Made by a program: the position numbers and the translations under genes
Assembly (NCBI GenBank): GCA_016748015.1
Contig: JAAOMT010000445.1
Span: 434,001-498,000, forward strand
Direction: 5' to 3'
From: Geosiphon pyriformis uo1
Lineage: Eukaryota; Fungi; Glomeromycota
Length of the DNA: 64,000 nucleotides
Shown here: positions 27,343 through 38,359 of the stretch, in pieces
Layout of the letters: each line of letters starts with the position of its first letter
How positions within the stretch are numbered: position 1 is the stretch's first letter
Notes under the pieces: generated by a model
What the model saw: only the letters and a program-made list of their open reading frames with translations
The model's database searches: none
What the model was told of the DNA's origin: nothing

Positions 27343-28209
27343 GATAAGCCTCAAAAAGTAATGCCCATTTGCATGGGTAACCCTTTTAAGAAAAACAAAT
27401 TCCTTTTTGACAAACAAACCTGACATTTAACGACTTGCCAATATTATAAAAAAAAATGATGTTCACTTGGAAGTGCCCATAACAATAAAAGCTGCTTTAT
27501 CATCAAGTATAAAAGAACAAGAAAAAATTAAAAAATCACATGTTCCAGTCCTTTGCAACCATGAAAAAAAATTAATTTTATATAGAGCCATCAGCACTAC
27601 TCTGGAAAATTTAGGTCTTAACTGTAGTCTGTCAACTGCTACAAATGTACTGTACAACTCCGGAATTTGTTTACATATTGAAGCAATGAATCTTTATTTC
27701 TTAGAAACACATACTTAAATGGTGCGAGGAAAATAAAATAAAACCGTTTACAATTGGACAAAAAATTATCTTCTCCGACGAGACGAGTGTGAAAATTGGG
27801 AAATAATTAAAACAACCAAGAGTTTGGTGGCACAATGTAGAGAACTTTAATGCGAGTTACTTGGTGCCTACTTTTAAAGTGGACAAAATTGTAATGGACT
27901 GAGGGTGTTTCACAAAGGGATTAAAAGGATCATTAGTATTTTGTGATGAATAGAAAAAAAATGGTGAAAAAATAAATAAAATACTTACCTTGAAATATTA
28001 AAAACCAGTTTTATATCATTTCAGAACACAGTTAAGGTGCTAACCGGAAGCTAGTCAATTTTTTAGCAAGATAACGCATCGATCCATACTGTGGAAATGA
28101 GAGAAATTAGTTTGATCTTTTTTATTTGGTATAAATATAAAATAAAACGGAAAATCATCGAAATTTTTGTGTTCAATTTTAAAATGGGCGTTAATTTTGA
28201 GTTACTGTA
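27343..28209 (+). mobile_element. Internally deleted Tc1/mariner element with degenerate terminal inverted repeats
   Basis: HTH-like RAISTTLENLGLNCSLSTATNVL; IIFSDETSVKIG (~27765); GCFTKGIKGSLVF; F*QDNASIHT (~28060). Right end aaaatgggcgttaattttgagttactg+TA (28181-28209) is the inverted match of left ctcaaaaagtaatgcccattt (27350-27370). The third catalytic motif (SPDLNPIE) is missing. Confidence 0.75.
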
Positions 28210-29059
28210 TAAAAATTTTTATTTATCTTTTTTCGAGATTCTCATATTCTAAATTGAAAATCTTTGAAAAAGAATGTTAAGTTAATGAGAATAATGATTA
28301 ATATAACCATTATAGACCAATAATTTATAGGCTTTAAATAATCTTAATACTTTTGATATATTTGGAAAATTTTAGAATTCTAATATTATCATATTTGATT
28401 TCAATTAATATTTTTTTGTTGATATTCTCAAAATTATAGATGGATTTATTCAAATTTTTTGTCAAAAAAGTTTAAAATTTCTCATAATTTTCAAGGCTAA
28501 CTTTTTTTCGCTGGGTATTCTGAATAGGAAACGCCCACTGAAATTCTAAATAGAATAAGCTTTTAAACTAAACTTCAACTAAGAAAATGGTAAAAATAAA
28601 ATATGTTTATACTCAAAAAATACAGAAATAAATATCGAATTGGAAACCGAGATTTAACTCTATTTTGGAACTTCCGAACCTTATCAACGGAAAATCTATG
28701 AATTACCTTCTTAAGACAACTGAATACCGTCGATTTCAAGGTAATCTATAGAACTTTCGGCAAGTGTGTCATGGATTTTGCTTAGAATAATTTCTCCTAC
28801 GGTAAACTTTTATAGATGATTAATCAATTAAGCCAACCTTATTAAAATAACAAGTTTATCTTGAGAATAAGAATCAATGCAACAAAATTTTGAATTCGTG
28901 AAATGTTTTATTTTATTTCATTTTGAATATTTACAAGAATAAATAATATCTATTTTTAGAACGTGTATCGGATAATTTAGGGGCAAAAATTCAATCTTTA
29001 AAAATAAATAAATAAATAGAAAAATGAAAATAGTTCTTTCACTAATTTTAGATGTTCGA

Positions 29060-31664
29060 TTAGGCCAACACAATAGTATTCACACTCTCACGGCTATCTT
29101 GAGCAGCTTGTAAATCTCCAATATGTTGTTCTTTTAAACTTTGTTGTTTTTTATACACCTGAACTCGTTTCATTAAATTATCGAATTTACCTTTAACATG
29201 TTTATTTTTCATCTCAGGAGGATTAGCTGCCATGTATTTTTTCAAGAAATTTTCAGCTCCGTCCAAATCAATCGGCTGGGCATGTAATCCATCCAATAAG
29301 ATCTCGGCATATAACAAATAGGCTCTTGGCTCCTGATTTCGCGTTGCACGTTTCAAAAAGTCCATCCCAGCAGTTTGATCATAACTACTTCCTTTCAAAC
29401 ATGCATGAGCATACATATACTGTGCACGCGCAATCAAACGTCGTCTACCAGGTTGCGATTGAGCTTCTGCTGCTTGTTTTAGATAAACCAATGCTTGATC
29501 TTCATCACGTTCAACCCCTGAACCACCTTCATAAAGAAATTTACCGGCATAGAATTGTGCGAAAAAGTTTTTTTGTTTAGCGTAAACTTCAATGAATGGC
29601 ATTGCCTCATTTATTTGACGATTTTCCTTTATCATTTCTTCTAGATGTTCCCAGTCGGGTAATTGGTCCCCCGGTTTTATGGCTGGAAGTTCTGATATTT
29701 GGACTTCTATTTCGGCCTTTGAATTTGCAAACGTCATTTTTAATAATGATGTTTCATTGATAACTTCGGAGTTTTCAACTCCTGGTAGTGGGGAATTGGA
29801 TCTCGGAGCTTGAATACCCAAATCTGAAGAATTATTTTGGTGAAATAATGAAGATGACGACGAAGATGAAGATGACGAGGATTTATGTTTCTTAAATTTC
29901 TCGGCAAGTGAACGCAATTGAACTGCTAAAGATTGCATGGTAGGACGTTTAGTGGTTGCTTCTTGCCATGCTGATTCCATTAAACTACGATAGTCTGCTG
30001 GAGTGTCTGAAGGAATTGGGGATGGCCTAGAACCAGCTAATATAGCTAGTGCTACCTCGTTAATCGAGGAAATGTCAGTGAATGGTAATGCTTGTGCTGC
30101 AATTTCCCACATCACAATACCAAAGCTATAGACATCCATTGGTTTACTATATGGAATCGATTTTAATTTTTGTGGTGCTGTCCATCTATGCATTGAAATC
30201 ATTTTTTGAAAAACGGTAATTGAATGAGTCAAGGTTAGAATTTTGACTTTAAATTATTCAACTTTACATTCCATTTAATTAATACCTCGTTCCTGCAGTC
30301 AGGTAAGCAATCGAAGTTGTAGCCTCTCCTCCGAATCGGCTCATACCAAAATTGCTTAATTTGGGTGTCATATTTTCGTCGAGTAATATGTTATGACTGG
30401 ATAATTGAGAAATAAAGAAATCTTATTAATCAGAGATTATAAAAATTACATTCAAAATAAAAATTTCTCCTTTTTACCATCTAACATCATGATGAAGAAT
30501 ATCTCTTGAGTGACACCATGAGAGAGCATTAGAAATACTGGCGACAAATTTTGCTTTTAGTTTCCACTCTATTCCCGGGTTGTTATATAGATACGTCTCG
30601 AGGTCACCGAATTCGGCCCATTCGGTTGCCACATATAAATAGTCTGATTTGATTGTGGTTCCATAACTAAATGATGAAAAAGAAAATTGCTTGTTAAATA
30701 TTTAGCAATTCAATATTTAAATAAGGTTCGATCCATAATAAAAATCTCAACTTACAACTTTTCAATAGTAGTACAGCTCTGAAAATTTGAAAGCAAAACA
30801 ATCTGTTTATAAATACTATCTAAAGTCTCTTTTTTTATGTCTTTCATATTCCCAAGACGTTTTAATGCCACATACTCTCCATGTGGAACAAATAGTTTTT
30901 TCTGAATTTGTTTCAATTCACCACGATAAACAGGCGTTTCCTCTTCTGCTTCATCGTCCCCAAAATCTTCATAGTTGATTTTGCTCTCTTCTATTTCTTT
31001 TGGAGTAGCACCAACACCTTTATTGTTTAATGCAATCTTAATTAACTCCCTCTCTTCTCGATCATGCTTTTCACGTTCGTGAATAAATTCTTTGACTAGA
31101 GTGTTTGTCTCGGTAATTACTGATTGAGCATTGGAGATTATAGAATGTGTGTCGAAGTCGAGGTCAAGATGAAAATCAGCTTGAGCCTGATCTAGTCTTC
31201 GTGTGAAATCCTCATGCATTGCTTGTACCTGATTGAAAATTATGAAGAAAGAAGAAGTTAGAGCAGAAAAAAAAATATAGATATTTGAAATGGTTTCTTA
31301 AAAAAAAACCTACATCATTTGCCCCAACAATTTTCATAACTTTCTTCATGAACCGACTACCAAAAGGTCCAGGTGCTCTTAACTCCACAATATAATCCCG
31401 AATTTCTTTTAGGATACTAATATACTGCTCAAATGCCTTTTGGCATTTCTCCGATGGTGCTTCTTGCTCTAACCATTTTTGCTTGATTCTAACACGTTCT
31501 GATAAAGCTTTACAAACAACTTTATTATGTTGGGCTGTAGTTGCCAATTGAAATATAACGTCACATATTTCCGCGGCATTTTGTATGAAGGGAACCATCT
31601 TTGCAACTTGGATTGTGGTATTGATTGCGGTCATTACATTGTCAGTAATTGTAGAGTTTGCCAT
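29060..31664 (-). CDS. MLKL-like protein: N-terminal four-helix bundle (MLKL_NTD/HeLo-like) + TKL-type pseudokinase + Ser-rich linker + ~3 Sel1-like repeats; 749 aa, 5 exons
   Basis: Hand-spliced exons 31664-31314, 31228-30756, 30666-30478, 30396-30286, 30185-29060. All introns GT..AG, phases consistent, total 2250 nt ending TAA. N-terminus IFQLATTAQHNKVVCKALSERV...LDQAQADFHL fits the MLKL N-terminal domain pattern. Kinase motifs VALK, EWAEFGDL, HHDVRCHNILL, KLSNFG, RWTAPQ, DVYSFGIVMWEI. Sel1-like AQFYAGKFLYEGGSGVERDEDQALVYLKQAAE. Confidence 0.88.
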
Positions 31665-31666
31665 AT

Positions 31667-31708
<42 letters not shown>
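31667..31708. repeat. (GAT)n / (ATC)n microsatellite immediately 5' of the MLKL-like ATG
   Basis: About 14 units ending a few nt before the start codon at 31664. Confidence 0.9.
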
Positions 31709-34050
31709 GTGAGTGGTAAAAGAAGAGGTAGGTATAACTGAGATAAGTATGAATAATTTTTAAGATTCAGGTCTACAGAATCTCGAGAAAAAAGTATAAA
31801 ACTTAGTATGTATATCAAATACAACTGCCAAAAATCAAAATTTTGTTTTTTTGAGTCAATCACTTTTGTTTTTTGGACAACATCTTTATATAGAAGATTC
31901 GCTTTAACACACAATATATAAAAGCGGGAAGATATCCTTGGAAAAAAGGTGGATAAAAGTTTTGCCTAGTTTTGTGAAATGTGTAACAGACGCATATCAT
32001 TAACGTTGTTAAAGATAAAATGGGCTTTCGTGTATCACTGAAGCAGGGTCAAATTTTCAAAGTTTATGAGAATGTATCAGGTATGATGAGACAAAGCAGT
32101 AAAATTGAAAAAAAACAAAGCATTCTTTCAAAAGTATGTTTGAACAAAGTACATGTACAATGTTTCTTAAATGATAAACCGTGTGACAATGAATAATTAT
32201 AATTTTAGCAAGTATAGTCTCACAATGTCTGAATTAGTGGTAAAAAATCTTTTTTTGAATCTTGTTTTTCAAATTATTTTTAGATTAAAGTTTGACTGTG
32301 TGATGAATTTCTCATGAGAATTTTTTCTTTGTTACTACTACTAGTAAGACATTGGATCGTTATGAAACAAATCTGTTTGTAATGTATTGTTTTCTTTATT
32401 AGGTGAATTTTAACACTGTCATGAATATATGTACACACGGAGGAATAACATTGTTTTACTAAAATTCACATTAACATCTGGGTAATTTTTTTTTTTAATA
32501 TTGTTTTGTGAGAAACTAATTTCTCAATCATTTCCTAATTCAGAAATAATTTTTATCAATCTCTAGATATGTTACCCTTTTTTTTTCAAATAATTTTTTA
32601 TTTTCCCAAGAAAATTTTTAGAGTGATAATTTGCAAGCTATGAATGGAATAGCAAAAATTTTTTTACCGAAATTTTTAGAGGAAATAATTATATCAATGT
32701 ATAATAAAAAATTTGGTTTGCAAGTAAAGTTAACATTTGATTAAAAGGGAATGTTTTTACTGAATTAATCTCTCGAAAAAAAATTACGAGGGATATTGAA
32801 AGATTTTCCGGGAAAAATGAAGATATCATGATAAAATTCTAAAAAACAAATGAATAATCATATATTTGATAAATGAACAACTTGGAAGACTGTTTAATTT
32901 TTAAAAAAGAAAAGATATTAGATTATAAATATTTTTTATAAATTTGCATGTGATATAAATTTTAATCGCATTCAAATTTTTTCATAGTATCCTATTTTTA
33001 AAAATGCAACATTGAGAATAAAAATTTGGAAACAATCAAAAATTGAATCGATGACTTTTGTTGAACGCCATACTAAATTTTAGTTTAATTGATCTGTTTA
33101 AAATTTTATTTCCTACTAATATCGTGAATTAGCTAAGTAAGTAAAAAATTACTTGAAAATTCGTTTTTGACATGACTTTTCATTAATTTTTCGTTTTCAT
33201 TCAGTTATAATATTTAGTTAAGACCTATTTCCCATCATTATAAATTCAACTATTAAATTTATTTGAAATTGATGAGATTGATATCTTGTTTAAAAATAGG
33301 ATAAAGCATTTATCTCTTTCAAATTTTCATAACTCTAATAAATAAAAGTAGCATAAATTTATTTAGAAAAATAATTTTTTTCCTTAAAGCTCATTTTTGG
33401 ATAAATAAATAATATCTTTATATAAAAATTATAAATAAACAAATTATTAAATTTAATCTATAATGAAAAGCTGTAAAAAATTAGGACACTGAATTCCAAG
33501 ATCCTTTTTTGAATTTTCTTTCTTTCTTGAGATCCTATTGTCTGATTGGGGAACCTAAATAAAGTTAACATTGTGTTCATTACCACACATTTCACAGAAT
33601 TTATTTAGTTAATATCAGTGCATATTAGAGAGTCACAGGTTAAATTTGTCTCATTTCTAATAGAAATCCGAAAAATACCACTTTGAACCAGCAATATTGA
33701 CCAAAAACACAGAAAAATACCCAAAATAAATATTTTTGGTCCTTGTTTCAACTCCTTTCGGGTAAAATTTGTGCTAAACATTATTTACATTACAAGATCG
33801 ACTATCCCAACTGATATGATCAGTTAAAAACGCGTTTCATGATTTTCAAAATGCGTAATATAAAAATGGGACAATGCTAAGCAGTGAAGAACAAAGCTCT
33901 TTATGTTGCGTCGAGTAAGTTAAGAAAATTTCTTAAAATGTCGAAACTATAGAAGCCAAGAAGCATGTTCAAAGAAAATCTTTAGCCCAGTCCTCTATCA
34001 ATTTTCCTAATATTTTTTATACCTGAACTTCTGAAAGTTCTTTCATTCTA

Positions 34051-34123
<73 letters not shown>

Positions 34124-34178
34124 CATTATCATCCAAAATTTCCTACAAAGACGCCGGTCGTTTTTAAATTTTATCACA

Positions 34179-36984
34179 ATGCAATTGATGATTTCTTTCC
34201 TTTCAGCGACACCTATTTTTCGTCTACTTTTATTTATATTAATTTTAATAATTTTGAACATTGAAAATTCCACGGCACAATACACCAAAACTGTTTACCA
34301 GGAAGAAAATACAATAAATACTTGGCCCTTTAAGACATACAATTATCCTGATGGAACAGTAGTATTGAGACTTTCCTCATCCTCAGGAAATTCAGCAAAT
34401 ATTCCTATGCAAGTTTTTTCGCCAAATGGAACATTGACATCATTTAACTTGCAAAGACAAGATTTATTTCCTCAAAAGGCAGATAATGAATTTTTTCCTT
34501 TGTCCCCTGGGTTTATTTTATGGATTTATCCAAGCCAAACTAAGTTAACAGTTGAAAATTTTGATACTTCGAGGACATATTATGGAAATTTGATTTCTTT
34601 AAAAGGGAAAATTGTTCAAAGGTTTGTTAGAATTCCTCAATTATATGTTTTTTTAACTACCAAACACCATCATTTTTCACCTTATTTTTTTTTGATCTGA
34701 TCCTTAGTGGTATATTTTTGGGATCGACGCAGTTATATGATATTGTAAATAACGTTGATCAGTCATCAAGTTTCATGCTTACCATTCAAACAAAGAATAC
34801 CTCCGAGATTCAATGGAAAATTTATGCAGAGCCGTAAGTTTTTTACAATTCATTTCTCTTGCTTTACTAATCAGCTGTATTTTAAAAATTTCAAAGTTAA
34901 AAATTTGACCCTTTTGTTGCAATAGAAATCCTTTAGCTCCGAGAATTAAAAAACTTTATGATGGTATCTTGGCAGTCCCATATAATATTAGCACACATAA
35001 AGCATTTGCAACAGTTGAGGGTGGTTTTGGCCTAGCATTTTCTACAAAGTCTTTTATAAATAGTGGTAGAACAAATTACACGATTCCTCCAAAACTACCA
35101 TCAAATTTGAATGTAACCTCGAACCTACTGGAGTTAGTAACTTATGTTACTTTTATGGAACCTAATGCAACAAATTTTGGGAAAATCTTTTTAATCGATC
35201 GAAAAATTAATGCCTCTCAATATATCGACGACAATATAACCCAATGTTTTGCTAAAATTTATGGAACCGGGTTTGAATGTAGTATTGGCAGCGATCGAAT
35301 ATCTTTCTTAAGAAGTGGTGCTGTATTAGTTATTACTCCCTCGGTCACTAGGTCTCAATTAAATAAACCGTTACCTTACGGTGGAATGTTGATTGAAGAT
35401 CCTGTTGGTTCGCTCGGGATTTATGACGAAAATGGATTTTTTAAACAAATGTGGCCTCTGCCTGTCCCTGATCAAGATTTCGGTAATTTTTTTTATGATA
35501 TCTTGCCAAATAATACCATTTGGGGAGCTTATAAGGCAGGTGAAGATACGAATATTACCGTATTTCAAGCTGATTTACCGAAATTCTTTTCAGGTCCGAA
35601 ATACATATCATTTTTCAAACTTTTCTCTCTCTTCGTTTTTGGTGAACTAGTTTTTTATTTTTTTCATTTTACAAATCTCACTTTAACATTAGATAAAGGA
35701 TTTAATAATCCAACAATTGATTCAACATCACCTTCACCAAATACCGTAATCCCTCTAGGGTTTGATAAACTTATCATCACTTATACTATGCAAATTAATA
35801 TGTCAGTAAAAAACGTTTCCATATATCAAAAAAATGGGGACTTTTTGAATTTACGACAAACTTTTTCGGCACAATCACCTTATTGTATATTAGAAACAAA
35901 TGGAAAAACAGTTTCGGTCACAGTACTAAGCAGTACTTTTAACATTCCTAACGCACAATATTTTGTTACTATTGATAATAATTTCGTAAAAAATCAATTA
36001 TTGGATGAACCTTTGTTTGGTGTTGCTAAAAATGATTGGACCTTCACAACAGCAGGTAATTCGAATTTTAAAATGAAATTTTTTGAGTACGAATTAATCT
36101 AAAATTAATATTTTCTGATCTAGTTGAAAGAAAAAATGAATTTGCAGGTAATTTTTGCTCTTTTCATTATCAATAATTTCTATTTGATATCTTAAAATTG
36201 AATTTTCTTTTTTTTATAAAAACTTTTAGACTCATATGATGGTTTGCTACGTCTAACCCCAGACGGTACCTCCTTTTTCAAAAGACTTTCAAAAACAGAG
36301 GCTAAAGAATTTATTGAGCAATTACGTATCGAACTATCGCAAATTATTCCGATCGACTTAACACGAATTAAAACTTCAAATCGTCAACAGGACGACTCCT
36401 CGACTCCTAAATCACAAACTCTTCTCCAGTTTACCATTCTCACTAATCAAAATGCTTCAGATGGTAATTCATTGGAAATTGCCAATAATTTAAATATTTT
36501 GATTCAGAATAAAGCTATAACACAAATTAGCCTCAATAAACACACTTCATTTTTGGATAGTGATTTTGGATATAAACTTAGTCGTGAGTATTAAAATTTA
36601 TTTGTTTTCTGATATTACTTGAACAGATTAAATATATCTATTAAAATTTTTCCTCCATTGACTTTAGCAAATCTGTGGGAAAAGTTAAGAATTAAATTAA
36701 TTGTGGTTGGCGTTCTCTTGCTTGCCTTAATTATAATTTTTTTCTGGGCCAGGTGGAAATTTCCAGAGGTAAATTATAGATTAATTAATACTTGAGTAAA
36801 ATTAATCTACAAAAAACTTATATTGACCATTTTTTGTAGGGTAAAAACTTTATCATTTTTGGTCAAACATTACTTTTTGTTGATTTGGGTCTTGATATTG
36901 CATTTATTTTAAGAAATGGGAAAGATATTCCAATACTTTTTATCCCAAGGTAAACCGTTTTGCCTATTTTTAAAGAATTTCATG

Positions 36985-37015
<31 letters not shown>

Positions 37016-37640
37016 TCGATCAAACTTTTATTTTTACACTAATTTTTTTTTTCAACAGCCTAGTTATCCTTATTTCTTCTGTCACCTTCAATTCAGCATT
37101 GGCGGTATATATCTTAAGTTATGAAATTCGAAAAAACCCAGAATGTCATCAATGGTTTCGAAATTACACCAAACCAGCCTCTTTGCTCACTATACTAGCA
37201 AGCGCTGACATTGAAGCTCTAAATCTTTTCTCGTCCCGTTTTGCCGGGCTGAAAATATTTGAAGCACCTTTTTCAAAGTATATCCAGAAGCTTATTTTCT
37301 GGGGTAGTTTTTGTAACTTATTTATTGAGGATATACCACAATTGATTATTCAAGTATGTATTTTTGCAATCTGTAGACATGAATAAGAATTTGATCTTTT
37401 AAAACTTTTATTATACTAATTCCTAACTATTTAATCTTAATTTTGCAGATATTTTATTACCAATCAAGCGTGGCTTATGATAATATACCTTTCCTGACTC
37501 TTATCACAAGTTCCATTAGCGTAATTTGTAATTTAATAGGTCGCGGGTATGATATTGCTGTCAAAAATACATCTAAGGATAGCGATAATCATAATGACAT
37601 AGATATGTCATCTAATAGAAACCTCGACACCAATCCTTAA
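34179..37640 (+). CDS. Receptor-like multi-pass membrane protein: signal peptide, beta-rich ectodomain with Ig-like (Big_5/SbsA-like) module, juxtamembrane alpha/beta domain, ~6 hydrophobic segments with XK-related-like motifs; 891 aa, 10 exons
   Basis: Hand-spliced exons 34179-34621, 34708-34833, 34926-35593, 35693-36055, 36124-36147, 36230-36583, 36668-36768, 36840-36949, 37059-37353, 37449-37640. All introns GT..AG, total 2676 nt in frame. Signal peptide RLLLFILILIILNIENSTA|QY. Ig-like PTIDSTSPSPNTVIP...YFVTIDNNFVKN...WTFTT. Hydrophobic segments LIVVGVLLLALIIIFFWA, LLFVDLGLDIAFIL, LFIPSLVILISSVTFNSALAVYIL, ASLLTILASADIEAL, FWGSFCNLFIEDIPQLIIQIF, IPFLTLITSSISVICNLI. Confidence 0.85.
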
Positions 37641-38359
37641 AAAGATTGTTCAAATAGGATAGCAAAAGATGGATGAGTAATGTTTAAGTGAATTTTGTAG
37701 ATCGAAATGATTTTACCAAATGTAAATTTTTATGTGCGTTATAGTATACAATATTTAAATTGTAGAGAACTGGCAAATAATTTAATTTAATAAAAACCCT
37801 GTGTAATGTAGGAAAAACTTGTGATGGGCAATAAGAAAAATATGAATGAAAAAAACTCGTGATACTATGTAGTTGAAAGATCATGATGTTTGTCTAATCA
37901 AACTTGTTCCCATTGGATACAGATGTTCAACTAAAAGTTATTATAAATACCACAAAAGAGATCGTCAAGTAAAAATTTAATTCTAAAACTCAAATAAATT
38001 CAATATCAAAAAACCATTTCAAGCAACTGACTTACTATCATTATAAAGTGATACCTTGGAAAATTTCATAATTTACAAACTTATCAATTAATCATAAAAA
38101 ATTACTAGCGTAAACTATTATAAATCTTTTAATTATAATGGTTTGAATAATGGAAACTCCACTTTCTCATTTAGTAATGAGAAGAAAAGATAATTCCTAT
38201 AAAAGTAATACTGGTTAAAAGTTATTTGCATAGTAATTAACTTCATTCTTTTTTAAATTTTCAAATTGAAATGGTAATATAAATAAAATCTTATATATTT
38301 TCCATTTTTTTTGATGAACTATTATAACATCTAATAAATTAATATGTAATAGAGATTAT

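Noticed and set aside
29326-31914. Antisense or overlapping short ORFs (29326-29580, 30787-30978, 31527-31712, 31642-31914)
   Set aside because: Shadow frames of the MLKL-like gene and its microsatellite.
34179-37640. Adhesion-GPCR call for the membrane protein
   Set aside because: Only about six hydrophobic segments, with no GPS/GAIN or 7TM signature seen; motifs fit XK-like better.
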